A stretch of DNA of 64,000 nt, taken from the NCBI GenBank assembly GCA_964531275.1, contig CAZHDZ010000002.1, forward strand, positions 58,180 to 122,179, given 5' to 3'. Within the stretch, counting starts at the first letter, position 1; each line of letters begins with the position of its first letter. Shown here in pieces: positions 1 to 15,000 of this stretch. A program made the translations under genes and the position numbers. Source of the stretch: an uncultured Gammaproteobacteria bacterium (GTDB lineage Bacteria > Patescibacteriota > Microgenomatia > Levybacterales > GWA1-39-11). Under the pieces are notes generated by a model that saw only the letters and a list, made by a program, of their open reading frames with translations, was not told the DNA's origin and did no database searches.

Positions 1-1
1 A

Positions 2-3000
2 ACACAAGATGTTACGTACACGCTTCCTCTAGATGACGGATCAAATAATTATGTTCTAACAACTGATGGTTCTGGGTTGTTGTCATGGCAGTCAGCATCT
101 GGCGTTGGTGCAGGTACCATAACAGCAGTCGGAAACGTTCTTTCAGGAACGGCATTTACTGGAAGCGATTCTCTTTCAAACAAAGGAAACACTCTCGTAT
201 TTGAAGGATCAACTTCAGTTGATGATGCGAATGACATTACGCTAACTGCAAGCAATCCTGTCTCATCCATAATATTTACGCTTCCAGATCTTGGTACAAA
301 CGGCACTTTTGCATTCCTTGAGGGTCTCCAGACTTTTACAGGGGCAAAGACCTTTAATGACATCACCATTGCCGATACAAACATCCCACTGTCAGGAGGA
401 AATACCACTCTGGACGTGACAGGTGGTGCAACTAGAACACTTACGTTGCTCAACTCAACAGGAGGTCAGGTAGCTGATTTTGATCTCTCAGACGGCTCGC
501 TATTAACTGCAGGTACATCAAGACTCACTAATGCAGGAGCTCTTCAAAATATAACCGGGTACAGCCAGTCATCCGGAAACTTCAGCCAGAGTGGCTCTGG
601 TAGTTTCTCAACAGGAACCGGGGCAGTATCTCTTAATGGCGCGACGACTACATCAACAACATTGGTAGTAGGGACCACATTAACAACCGGTGGAAGTGCA
701 AGCGTTTCTGGGAATCTAACTCTTGAAGGTGCTGGTCGATCGATTCAAACAACTGAGAACAACACATTAACACTTGGTGGCGCAACAACCGGAAATATTG
801 ACCTTAACGAAAATACCTATATTCTAGGAAGCAACACATTTAGTGTTGGTACAGGTCTTACTTCGCTTGGAGGAGCAATTAATGTAACCGGCGTTGCTAC
901 GTTTGATAACAACATTACCCAAACGGGTTCATCAACATTCTCAACAGGAACCGGTAATGTTACTTTGAACGGCAATACTACTGTTTCTACTGGTGTTTCT
1001 CTCACAGCAAACGGCCCGGTTGCTCTCGATCCTGATGGTGGTAATGACATTGTTCTTACAACTGCATTCGGAAGTGGTTCATACCTGCAAATAATCGGTC
1101 TTGATACTCAAACAGGTACTCAGCTTTGTATAGATGGTAGTAACCAAGTTGTTAAATGTAGCGCGGGGTCTACAACTTTGCAAGGGGCATATGATGGCGG
1201 CAATACAATAACAACCGCAAATAGCCGTGATATTGCAATTAATCTTGCCGGAAACGAGAATCTAACAGCTACAACATCTGCCGGTTCTAATGGTTATACA
1301 TCTTTTGCTTTGGCAAACGGATCAAATCCAAATCCACCATCCCAATTAGTGCTTATAGATAATCAGGATACAAATGAAGCCCTTCCAGCAGGACTAAGAA
1401 TAAAATCAGCAGGCGGAGGAATAACAACTGCAATTGATCTCTCTGATTCAGATATAGTAAATGCCCTTTCATTGGGTGCAAATGACGTTACTGCAACAAG
1501 CTTTGCAATAACCGGAAGCAATGGAAATATTTCAACAAATGGCACACTAACTGCTCTTGGAGATATTAATGCCAACTCGGGGGTTGTCGCAACAACCCAA
1601 ACCACTGCTTCTCTATTTAACTCAACTGTTACAAATCTTTCAGTTGGCAATGCCGCAACTACGCTTTCATTGGGAGCAGGAACAGGGACAACTACTGTAA
1701 ATAATGCCCTTAATGTAACTGGTCTTTCAACCTTCAATGCGGGGGCAACAATTCCATCAGGTCAGACACTGACGGCAAATGGACCTGTTGTTATCAATCC
1801 AAACCTTGGAAATGATATAACGCTTACAACTGATTATGTTGCTGGATCTGATCTGTATGTACCTGGTTTGGAGACGCCTGGAACTGCCGGAACTGCACTT
1901 TGTATTGAGACAGGCACTGACAGAGTTACAAAATGTTCTGCGTCAACATTTACACTCCAAGGAGCATATGACGGAGGAAATACAATCCTGACAACCGGTG
2001 GACGTGATATAGAATTTGATCTTGCCTCAGATGATAACTTTGCAATTACTACCGTTGCAGGATCGGTAAGCTACTCGGCTTTTGCTCTTGCAGATGGTTC
2101 AAATAGTGCGCCAGCTGGGCAACTAATATTAGTTGAAAATCAAGATCTTAATGAAGTTCTTGCCTCCGGCATAAAAGTTCAGTCTGCTGCAGGTGCAATC
2201 ACAAATGCACTTGACCTTTCAGATGCAGAAATAGTTAATGCGATATCCTTTGGCTTGAACAATATTGATGGTACTAACTTTGATGTCACCGGATCTAATG
2301 GGAATGTTACAACCGCAGGAGACATAGCGATAAATGGTGGAAATCTTACTACCACCCAAGCTGCATTTAATATCTTTAACACAGGTGTTGCTACATTAAA
2401 TATTGGCGGTGATGCAACAGCAATTTCTCTTGGAGATGGAACAAGTGTCACAACAATTAATGACGACCTTGTTGTATCAGGCGGAGTTCTTGATGCACTT
2501 TCTGCTCTTGCTCGAGTTGATTCATTGCAAGTTGGTGGAGGCTACGGTTCGACAGGTACAACAATCACAAATGCAGGAAATATCTCAACAAATGGAACTC
2601 TTACTGTTGATGGTATTTCAACACTAACTGGCTCTATCACAACTGCAGGGGATATTGCTGTAAATGGTGGAAATGTTACAACAACAGCAGGTACTGCTTA
2701 CCTATTTAATAGCGGTGCTACAACATTAAATATCGGTGGTGCTGCAACAACCCTTTCTCTTGGAGCATCAACAGGCACAACAACCGTTAACAACAACCTA
2801 ACGGTATCAGGTCTTATCTTGGCAAACGGCGGTATAACTATTCCAGCAGGTGAAGAACTGGCCGCAAGCGGAAGCGCTTCATTTGCACCAGACTTTACAA
2901 ATGACATAACATTCAATACTGATTCTGACTCCACAATCATCCTAAATGGAATTGGAACCGGAAGTGGAAACAGTCTCTGTCGAGAAGCTGGCACGAATAA

Positions 3001-6000
3001 TTTAGTTGAGTGTTCTGCCTCATCAATCACTTTGCAATCTGCATACAATGGCGGAAATACTATCTCAACTTCAGGTGGTCGAGATATTGCATTCACATTA
3101 AGTAACACTAACTTCAGCGCAACCGCTGCTGCTGGAACCAACTCATTCTCGCAATTTGCACTTGCTAACGGATCAAACGCAAATCCTGCAGGACAGGTTG
3201 TGTTAGTTGAAAATCTTGATACCGACCAGGCCATCGCAAGTGGCATTAGAATCCAGGCAGCCTCTGGAGGAATTACAAATGCACTCGATCTTTCAGATCC
3301 AGAGATTGTAAATGCTTTGTCTCTTGGAGCAAATGATATTACTGCAACTAACTTCTCAATTACAGGATCAACAGGTGCCTTTGCAACAAGCGATTCTATT
3401 ACTGCTTCAGGAGATATCAATGCCAACAGTGGAACAATTGCTTCTAATCAAGCAGCTGGGTTCTTATTTAATGCAGGTGTCTCTAATCTTTCCATAGGCG
3501 AGGATGCATCAACAATATCTCTTGGAGACGCGACAGGTACGATAACAATAAATAACCAGACACTCGCTCTTCCAAATGCAACTTCAATTACAGCAGCAGG
3601 TGCAGGACTTACCATTGGTTCTGTAACCGTGGGTGGTGGTTATGGAACGACTGGCACAACACTTTCAGGAAATGGGGACATTCAGACAAATGGTGCGCTA
3701 ACAGTTGATGGTATCTCTCAACTGTCTGGTAATGTTACGACCAACGGAGATTTGGCAGTTAATGGTGGCAACATAACCTCAACTCAAACGACCGCGAATC
3801 TATTTAACGCAACAGTAACAACCTTAAATATCGGAAGTGCAGCAACAACTGTTAGTTTGGGCGCAAACACCGGTACGACAACCGTAAATAATAATCTAGC
3901 TGTTTCGGATGCATTAACAGTTGGCCAACTTGCTACATTTAACGGTGGCGCTACTATTTCAAATGGAGAACGATTCTTGGCTTCTGGGTCAGCTGAATTT
4001 AATCCGAGTGGTTCAAATGACGTTTCAATTGCCGTTAGCTATAGTGCTGGTTCATACCTCCACATAACAGGTCTTGATACTCAGACCGGTACGACTCTTT
4101 GTATTGATGGATCAAGCAATGTTGTAAGATGCTCAGCTGCTTCAATCACATTGCAGTCTGCATATGATGGTGGAAATACAATTTCAACAACCGGTGGACG
4201 AAATATTGCGTACGTTCTCGCGAATGATGATGACTTTACGGTTACTACACCAGCAGGATCAACTGGTCAAAGCATCTTCTCACTCGCTAACGGCGGAGCA
4301 ACAAGTCCTTCAGAGCTTATCCTTGTATCAAACAATGATGTAGATACAACAATTGCCAACGGAATAACTATAAATTCTGCAGGAGGAGTTATTACTGACG
4401 CTCTTGATCTATCGGACTCTGAAATTGTAAACGCATTAAATCTTGGAGCAAATGATATTACCTCTTCCAACTTTACACTCACCGGTAGCAACGGAAATAT
4501 TTCAACAAATGGAACAATAACTGCTACTGGAGACATAACGACAACCGGCAATCTAGCTGTTAATGGTGGAAATATTACAACTACATCGACTGGCACTGCT
4601 GAAGTATTTAACTCAAATGCTACTGCTCTCAATATTGGTGGCGCTGCCGGCACAATCTCTATCGGTAATGGAACAAGTGTCACAACGGTTAATGATGATC
4701 TCGTTGTCTCTGGGGGCGCCCTTGATGCTCTCTCTGCTCTTGCCCGAGTTGACGGGTTACAAGTTGGTGGAGGATACGGTTCGACAGGTACAACTATTAC
4801 AAATGCTGGAAATATCTCAACCAATGGAACTCTTACTGTTGATGGTATTTCAACACTAACTGGATCTATCACAACTGCAGGGGATATTGCAGTAAATGGC
4901 GGAAATGTTACAACAACAGCTGGTACTGCTTACCTATTTAATAGTGGTGCTACAACATTAAATATTGGAGGGGCTGCAACTGCTATTACACTTGGAGCAA
5001 CCACAGGTACAACAACGGTAAGAAATAATTTGTCAGTATTAGGAAGTGCAAATGTCACCGGGTTCTCAACATTCAACGACAGAACGACTATTACTAACGG
5101 TCAGCAATTTAACGCATCAGGATCTGCTAACTTTAGTCCAAATATTGACAACGATGTTGTGATCAACACTGACGCTGATTCCTTCCTAACGCTTAATGGC
5201 CTTACCACTCCTGGTATTGCAGGGGACGCACTTTGTGTAGATGCATCAAATAACGTAACAAAGTGTTCTACAAATTCTGTTACTTTGCAATCTGCATACA
5301 ACGGCGGAAATACTATCTCAACCAGCGGTGGAAGAGATATTGCTTTTACTCTTAACAATACTAACTTCAGTGCAACTGCAGCAGCAGGAACCAACTCATT
5401 CAGTCAATTTGCATTGGCAAATGGATCTAATGCAAATCCTGCAGGACAAGTTGTGTTAGTTGAAAATCTTGATACAGACGAAGCAATCGCAAGTGGTATT
5501 AGAATCCAGGCTGCCTCTGGAGGAATTACAAATGCACTTGATCTTTCAGATCCTGAGATCGTAAATGCATTATCTCTTGGGGCGAATAACGTAGTTGCAA
5601 CCAATTTCTCAATAGCAGGATCAACTGGATCTATCACAACTGCAGGGGATATTGCTGTAAATGGTGGAAATGTTACAACAACAAATACAACAGCTGCATT
5701 ATTTAATACAAACGCTACAACTCTTTCTATCGGTGGTGCCGCAACGACCTTAACTCTTGGTAATGCTGCCGGCACAACTGCAGTTGCCGGAGGGCTTACT
5801 GTTGGTGGTGGATATGGATCAACCGGTGTAACGTTGTCCTCCGCAGGGGTAATTCAAGCGAACGGAGCCTTAACTGTTGACGGTATCTCAACTTTAACAG
5901 GATCTGTTACAACCGCCGGAGACATTGCGGTTAACGGCGGAAATGTTACGACAACAGCTGGTACTGCTTACTTGTTTGATACTAATGCTACAACATTAAA

Positions 6001-9000
6001 TATCGGTGGTGCTGCAACTGCTATTACACTTGGAGCAACCACAGGCACAACAACGGTTAGAAATAATTTGTCAGTATTAGGAAGTGCAAATGTAACCGGA
6101 TTTGCAACATTTAACGACAGAACAACCGTTACTAACGGCCAACAATTTAACGCGTCAGGATCTGCTAACTTTAGTCCAAATATTGACAACGATGTTGTTA
6201 TTAATACTGACGCTGATTCCTTCCTAACTCTTAATGGTTTGACTACTCCCGGTACTGCCGGATCTACCCTTTGTGTAGATGCATCAAATAATGTAACAAA
6301 ATGCTCTGCCTCATCAATTACGTTGCAATCTGCATACAATGGCGGAAATACTATCTCAACTTCAGGTGGTCGAGATATTGCTTTTACTCTCAACAATACT
6401 AACTTCAGTGCAACGGCAGCAGCAGGAACTAATTCATTCAGTCAATTTGCGCTTGCTAACGGATCAAATGCAAATCCTGCAGGACAAGTTGTGTTAGTTG
6501 AAAATCTTGATACAGACGAAGCAATCGCAAGTGGCATACGAATTCAGGCGGCCTCTGGAGGAATTACAAATGCACTTGATCTTTCAGATCCAGAGATTGT
6601 AAATGCATTGTCTCTGGGTGCCAACAATATAACTGCAACTAACTTTAGTATTACCGGATCAAACGGAGACGTTACAACTAATGGTTCAGTTACAGCTGCT
6701 GGTGATATAAATGCTAACTCAGGAGTAATTGCTACAACTCAAACAACAGGGACTATATTTAATGTCGGTGTAACTAACCTCTCAATTGGAAATGATGCAA
6801 CTACTCTCTCATTGGGAGATTCAACGGGGACAACAACAATCAACAACAACCTGACAGTAAGCGGTACTGCTCTTGATGCCCTTTCTGCCCTTGCCCGTGT
6901 CAGCTCTCTACAAGTTGGTGGTGGATACGCAGGTGGTACGGGATCAACGCTTGCAACGAATGGAGACGTAAGCTTGAATGGAATCCTAACAGTCGATGGC
7001 ACATCAACATTAACTGGTGATGTAACAGCAGCAGGGGACGTCGCCGTGAACGGTGGAGATATTACAACGACAGCAACAACATTTAATTTGTTAAATGCAA
7101 CTGTTACCACCCTTAATATTGGTGGAGCCACAACTGCTTACACAGTTGGAGGAACAGCTGCAACAGGAAACATACAGGGAACAACAATTAATCTTCCACA
7201 GGCAACGGTCCTTTCTGCAACGAGTGCGACCGCAGGATTTAGCGTTGTAAATGTTGGTGGCGGATATGCAGGCGGCACAGGATCAACTCTTGCAACCAAT
7301 GGGGATGCAAGCATTAACGGAATTCTTACTGTTGATGGTGCGTCAACTCTTACAGGAAACGTAACGGCTACCGGAGACCTTGCGGTTAACGGAGGGGATC
7401 TCACAACAACTGCTTCATCATTTAACTTACTAACAAGCCCTACCACCGTTAACTTTGCAACTGATGCAACTACTCTTTCAATTGGGGACGGCACCGGCAC
7501 GACCACTGTTAACAATGCTCTAACAATTACAGGTGCAACAACAGCGAATGGCAATTTCACGGCAAACGCAATATCAACATTCAATCTAACCGGAGGAAAT
7601 GATTTGACTATCAGTACAAATAACGGCTCCAACTCTAACTTAATTATTACTGACCTAGCAACTACAACAGGCACAACTCTTTGTATTACCGGAGGAAATG
7701 TTGTTGTGAAATGTGCAGGTGCTGCAGCCGGACTACAAGCATCATATGATGCCGGGAATACGATTTTGACAACCGGCTCAAGAGACATCGAATTTGAATT
7801 GGATCAGAATGATAATTTCACAGTCACTACAATTGCGGGGACAACTGGACATAGTATTTTTGCTCTGCAGGATGGTACTAATACTTCTCCAGCAACACAA
7901 TTAATCTTAGTTGAGAATCAAGATACCGATGAAGCTATAGCAAGCGGTATAACTGTTACCTCGGCAGGTGGAGCAATTACTTCTGGCATTGATCTTTCAG
8001 ATACAGATATTGTTGACGCTATCGCAATCGGAGCAAACAACATTAATGGCTCCATCTTTGATGTAGATGGTGCAACTGGAAATATAACTGCAGGAGACAT
8101 TGCTGTAAATGGTGCTGACATTACAACAACATCAACCGGTACTGCAAATGTATTCAACACTAATGCTACAACCCTAAATCTTGGAGGAGTTACGACAACC
8201 TACACTCTTGGAGGAACAGCAGCAACAGGAAATATTCAGGGAACAACTGTTAATTTCCCACAGGCAACTGTTCTTTCAGCAACAGGTGCAACAGCGAATA
8301 TCAATATTCTTAACGTCGGTGGCGGATACGGAACAACTGGCGCAACAATTGCAACTAACGGAAATATCTCAACAAACGGAACCCTAACTGTTGACGGAAT
8401 TTCTACTCTAACTGGAAATGTAACAGCAACTGGGGATGTAGCAATCAACGGCGGCGACCTAACTACAACTGCCGGAACATTCAACTTGCTTGCTTCTCCA
8501 ACAGTTCTTAATATCGGTGCTGCTGCAACAACATTGGAGTTGGGTGCGGGAACTGGAACAACCACAGTTAATAACAATCTCCAAGTCGACGGTACAACCA
8601 CATCAACCGGTCTTATTACGGCAAATGCCGGGGCTACTGTCAGCAATGGTCAAACGTTCCAGGCATTGGGCGTATCAACGTTCAATCCAGATTCCACAAA
8701 TGACGTGACATTTGTTACAGATGGAGCTGGTGGGTCAGATGTAATATTCCAGAATTTAGCTGTACAACCAGGAGACAATCTTTGTCTTGAAGACGGTTCT
8801 GATCGAATTGTCATCTGTGCAAGTTCTGCTATTTCATTACAGTCGGCTTATGATGGAGGGAACACAATTACAACAACTCCTGGTCTTGATATCGCATTCA
8901 CATTAGATGACTCCAATTTCTCAGCAACTGTAGCAGCTGGTACTACAGCTTTCAGCCAATTTGCTCTACAAGACGGATCAAATGCAAATCCTGCAGGTCA

Positions 9001-12000
9001 AATTGTTTTGGTTGAGAATCTTGATACTGATCAAGCAATCGCAAATGGTATCAGAATTCAAAGTGCCGCAGGTGGTATTACAAATGCACTTGACCTTTCA
9101 GATCCTGAGATTGTAAATGCACTCTCATTAGGGGCAAATAATATAACTGCAACCAACTTCTCAGTAACAGGAAGCAACGGAAATCTATCAACTAATGGCA
9201 CAATAACTGCTGCAGGTAATATCAATGCAAATAGCGGAACCATTAATACTACCCAGACAACAGGTAACATATTCAATAGCGTTGCAACGCTTAACGCAGG
9301 AACTTCGGCAACAACTTATACAATTGGTGGGACAACGGCAACAGGAAATCTCAGAGGCACAACAATCAACTTCCCTAACGCAACGGTTATAGACGGAAGC
9401 CTTGCAACTGCAGGCTTTGATGTTGTAAATGTTGGTGGCGGATACGCAGGTGGCACAGGATCAACTCTTGCAACAAATGGCGATGTAAGTCTAAATGGAG
9501 CACTAACTGTTGATGGTATCTCAACTCTAACAGGAAATGTAACAGCAACTGGGGATGTAGCAATCAACGGTGGAGACCTCACTTCAACAGCTACAACCTT
9601 CAATTTGTTAGCCAGCCCTACTACTATTAACTTTGGAGCTGGAGCAACAACCGGAATAAATATAGGTAATGCTGCCGGACTCGTCACATTGGCGAATGAT
9701 GTAACTATCAATGGGGACGCACTTGACGCTCTTTCGGCTCTTGCTCGTGTTGACTCATTGCAAGTCGGTGGTGGATATGGAACAACTGGCGTAACAATTA
9801 CAAATGCGGGTACCATCCAAGCAAATGGTAATCTAACCGTTGATGGTACATCTCAATTAACTGGAAATGTAACAGCAACAGGGGATGTTGCTGTCAATGG
9901 AGGAGATCTCACAACTACTGCTTCTTCATTCAATTTGCTTGCATCTCCAACAACTCTAACTATTGGAGCTGCTGCAAGCACTCTTACATTAGGTGTAAAT
10001 AGTGGAACTGCAACCATCAATAACACTACTCTTTCACTTCCAAACGCAAGCACAATAAATGCAACAGGAGCAACAGCAAATCTAAGTGTTGTAAATGTTG
10101 GTGGTGGATACTCTGGAGGATCTGGCTCGACCCTTTACACTAATGGTGACGCAAGCATTAACGGGATCCTAACTGTTGATGGTGCATCAACACTAACTGG
10201 TGACGTAACAGCAACAGGAGACTTGGCTGTCAATGGCGGAGATCTTACAACAACTGCCGGAACATTTAATCTACTTGCTTCTCCAACAGTTCTTAATATC
10301 GGAGCTGGAGCAACGACTCTTAATTTAGGAGCAACTACAGGAACAACAACGGTTAGGAATAATTTGAAAGTAAGCCTTGTTGATAACTCACCAGATGCGC
10401 TAGATATTGAACAGAATGGCGACAATTACATAAATGTCGACACAACAGATGGAAGTGAAGCAATTGCATTCGGATCAACGGCAGTTGCGCCTACATATAC
10501 ATTCTTAGGATCCGGTCTTACCACAATGGGTGGAAATCTTAACGTTAACGGTGGAACTCTTGCTTCCTCTCAAGCTACAGTTAATCTATTCAATGCAGCC
10601 CCTACGACAACTGTGAATGCATTTGGAAATGCTTCCGCAATTACAATTGGCGCAAATAACAGCGGAACACTAACTGTTCGAAACGATGTAGTAACTTTTG
10701 CCTCAGCAGATACTTTTAATGCAACGAGTGCTACAGCAAATATCAACATTCTCAATGTTGGTGGAGGATACGGAACAACTGGTGCAACAATTGCAACAAC
10801 CGGAGACATATCAACTAATGGAACACTTACTGTTGATGGCATTTCAACTTTGACAGGAGATGTAACGGCAACTGGGGATGTAGCAATTAATGGAGGAGAT
10901 CTCACAACAACTGCTTCATCATTTAACTTGCTCGCAAGCCCAACTACTATTAATTTTGGAGCTGCCGCAAGCACTCTTAACATCGGAGCTATTACAGGTA
11001 CAACAACTATCAGGAATTGGTTGACCGTTAACGGAGCTTCTACATTCAACGGAAATGTAATTGTTGCTGATAATAGGAGCTTTGATGCATCAGGTGCTGC
11101 AACCTTTACTCCATCAGGAAGCAACGACATCACATTTGCTGTAGATGATGCGAGTGGATCGTTCATAAATATTACTGGACTTGATACAACAGCTGGCACT
11201 ACTCTTTGTCTTGATGGATCAAATAATTTAGTTCTTTGTGCAGGCGCAACTCTTTCTCTTCAAAATGCATATGCAGGTGGAAATACAATATCAACAACTG
11301 GAGATGATATAGAGTTCATATTAAATGGATCAGATAATTTCACTGTTACAACTACAGCTGGTGCAACGGGTGGAAGTGTCTTTGCACTTGCGGATGGATC
11401 CAACGCAACTCCACCTACTCAATTAGTTCTTGTAGAAAATCAAGATACAAATGAAACGTTGACCTCCGGTATAGCAGTAAGTTCTGCCGGAGGTGCTATA
11501 ACTAGTGGTATTGATTTGACAGATACAGATATTGTTGACGCTATCGCAATCGGAGCAAACAACATTAATGGCTCCATCTTTGATGTAGATGGTGCAACTG
11601 GAAATATAACTGCAGGAGACATTGCTGTAAATGGTGCTGACATTACAACAACATCAACCGGTACTGCAAATGTATTCAACACTAATGCTACAACCCTAAA
11701 TCTTGGAGGAGTTACGACAACCTACACTCTTGGAGGAACAGCAGCAACAGGAAATATTCAGGGAACAACTGTTAATTTCCCACAGGCAACTGTTCTTTCA
11801 GCAACAGGTGCAACAGCGAATATCAATATTCTTAACGTCGGTGGCGGATACGGAACAACTGGCGCAACAATTGCAACTAACGGAAATATCTCAACAAACG
11901 GAACCCTAACTGTTGACGGAATTTCTACTCTAACTGGAAATGTAACAGCAACAGGAGACCTGGCTGTCAATGGTGGAGACCTGACAACAACTGCCGCCTC

Positions 12001-15000
12001 ATTTGCTCTTCTTGATACAACTGCAACGCAAATCGACTTTGCAGGAGCAGCTGCGCTTTTGACAATAGGAGCAGGTACCGGCACTACAACGCTAGATAAT
12101 AATTTGACAGTTAATTTAGTTGATGCAAATGCAGATGCTTTGGATATTCAGGAAGGAACAAGAAATTACATTAATGTAAATACTTCTAATGGTTCAGAAA
12201 ATATTTCATTCGGAAATGCTACAACCAATCCTTCCTACTCTTTCCTAGGATCAGGTACCACTACCTTTACTGGCCCAGCAACAGCAAATGGCGCTTTGAA
12301 TGCAAATGGTGTTTCAACATTTAACCCTACAACTAGTGGAGACGTTAACTTTGTGATGGACGAAGCAGCTGGTTCATACATTAACATAGTTGGGTTGGAT
12401 ACTGTGAGCGGAGACCCTCTTTGTCTTGATGGATCAGAGAACTTAGTTCTTTGCGCCGGAGCTTCTCTTTCTTTGCAAAATGCATATAACGGTGGAAATA
12501 CTATCTCAACAACTGGTAGCAGTATTGCCTTTACCCTTAATTCGGCAGACAATTTCTCAGTCACAACTGCAGCAGGCGCAACCGGGTATAGTGTATTCGC
12601 TCTTGCCGACGGATCTAATGCAACACCACCTACACAGCTTGTATTAGTTGAGAACCAAGATACAAATCAAGCAATTACAAACGGAATTAGAGTTATCTCC
12701 TCCGGAGGCGCTATAACAAACGGTATTGACCTTTCTGATACAGACATCGTGAATGCTCTTAATTTAGGGGCAAATGATATTACTGCTTCAAGCTTCTCAA
12801 TAACTGGATCCTCAGGAAATATTACAACTGCAGGAGATTTGGCTGTAAATGGTGCTGATATTACAACTACATCAACTGGTACAGCATATGTATTTGACAC
12901 TAATGCTACAGCACTAAATATTGGTGGAGCCGCTGGTGCGATTTCAATTGGTAATTCTACAAGCACAACTACAGTTAATGATGACTTAACAGTAACCGGA
13001 AATGCATTTGACGCACTTGCAGCTCTTGCTCGTGTTGACTCATTGCAAGTCGGTGGTGGATATGGAACTTCCGGCGTAACAATTACAAATGCAGGTACCA
13101 TCCAGGCAAACGGTAATCTAACTGTTGATGGTACATCTCAATTAACTGGAAATGTAACAGCAACTGGGGATGTTGCTGTCAATGGAGGAGATCTCACAAC
13201 TACTGCTTCTTCATTCAATTTGCTTGCATCTCCAACAACTCTAACTATTGGAGCTGCTGCAAGCACTCTTACATTAGGTGTAAATAGTGGAACTGCAACC
13301 ATCAATAACACTACTCTTTCACTTCCAAACGCAAGCACAATAAATGCAACAGGAGCAACAGCAAATCTAAGTGTTGTAAATGTTGGTGGTGGATACTCTG
13401 GAGGTAGCGGTTCAACTCTTGCAACAAATGGCGATGTAAGTCTAAACGGAGCTCTAACAGTTGATGGCATCTCAACATTAACAGGAGATGTTAGTGCAAT
13501 CGGAGATATTGATATAGACGGTGGAGATATTACAACGACCCAGACATCATTTAATTTACTCAACGCGAATGCAACAACTGTAAATTTTGCCGGCGATGCA
13601 ACAACTCTAAATATTGGTGATGGTGCTGGAGTTACAACATTAAATAACAATCTAAGGGCTAACTTGAGATCAAACACAGCAGATGCACTAGATATACAGC
13701 AAGGTTCTGATAACTACATTAACATCAGCACTCTAACCTCAACTGAGAATATTTCTTTTGGTAATGCAGTTATAAATCCTACCTACTCATTCCTAGGAAC
13801 GGGAGCTACAACATTTAATGGTGACGTTAATATTAATTCCGGCACAATACAGTCAAATCAAGGAACTATAAATGTATTCAACACCACTTCAACAGGAGTT
13901 AATGCTTTTGGAGCTGCAACTACACTGACATTAGGGGCAACCAGTGGTACAGCAACTGTAAGAAATTCAACGCTTTCATTGCCAAATGCTCGAGTTGGAA
14001 TTGGCACTGCCAGCCCATTAACTTCACTTCATGTCGTAAGACCATTAACACTTCCTGTAAATGGAAAAGCAGCTGTTATTGTTGATCAGTTGGAAAATCA
14101 GGATATCTTTACAGCATCTGCATCGGGAACGACAAGATTTACCGTAAGTAATGCTGGAAATGTAGTGGCTAGCGGCGACCTGGCCGTTAACGGAACTGGT
14201 ACTGCTGATATCACATCAACAAATACGCAGGCTTCCTTATTTAATACAACCGTTACCAATCTTTCTATCGGGGGTGCGGCAACCACAGTTTCCCTTGGTG
14301 TAGGTGGTGGAACAACAACAGTTAATAGCGCTCTTACCTCAACAGGGCTCATCACAGCTAATGCAGGAGCAACAATTGCATCAGGCCAGACTCTTCTTGC
14401 TCAGGGTGTTTCAACCTTTACACCTAACTTAACAAATGATGTAACAATCAATACTGACTCTGATTCATCGCTCATAATAACTGGGCTTACAGACGTAACA
14501 GGTTCAATATTGTGCGTATCTTCAAATGTTGTTGGTACGTGCGATGCGACATCGCAAAGCCTACAAGCTGCATATGACAACGGAAATACTATTGATACTA
14601 ATGACTCAAGCGACATTGCATTTACGCTTATGAACACTGCAGCTGATTCTAACTTTACAGTGACAACAGAACAGGGAGGTTCTGGCTATACACACCTTGC
14701 ATTAGAAGATGGAACAAATAATGTTGCACCTCCAGCACAATTGCTACGAATTGAAAATCAAGATACTGATGACATACTGGCTGCTGGCATAAAAGTTGAG
14801 TCAGAAGCAGGATTAATTGCCACCGGTATTGACCTTTCAGACACTGAAATAAATGACGCTATCAGTATTGGCGCTAATGACATTGAAGGAACTAATTTCG
14901 ACGTCGACGGTTCAAACGGAAATATAGTAACAGCAGGAACACTTGCTGTTAATGGGGGAACAATTTCCACAACTCAAACAGCAGGGACAATATTTAGTAC

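Noticed and set aside
7998-11952. Diversity-generating retroelement TR/VR pair
   Set aside because: The copies appear identical rather than differing at adenines, and there is no reverse transcriptase in the window.
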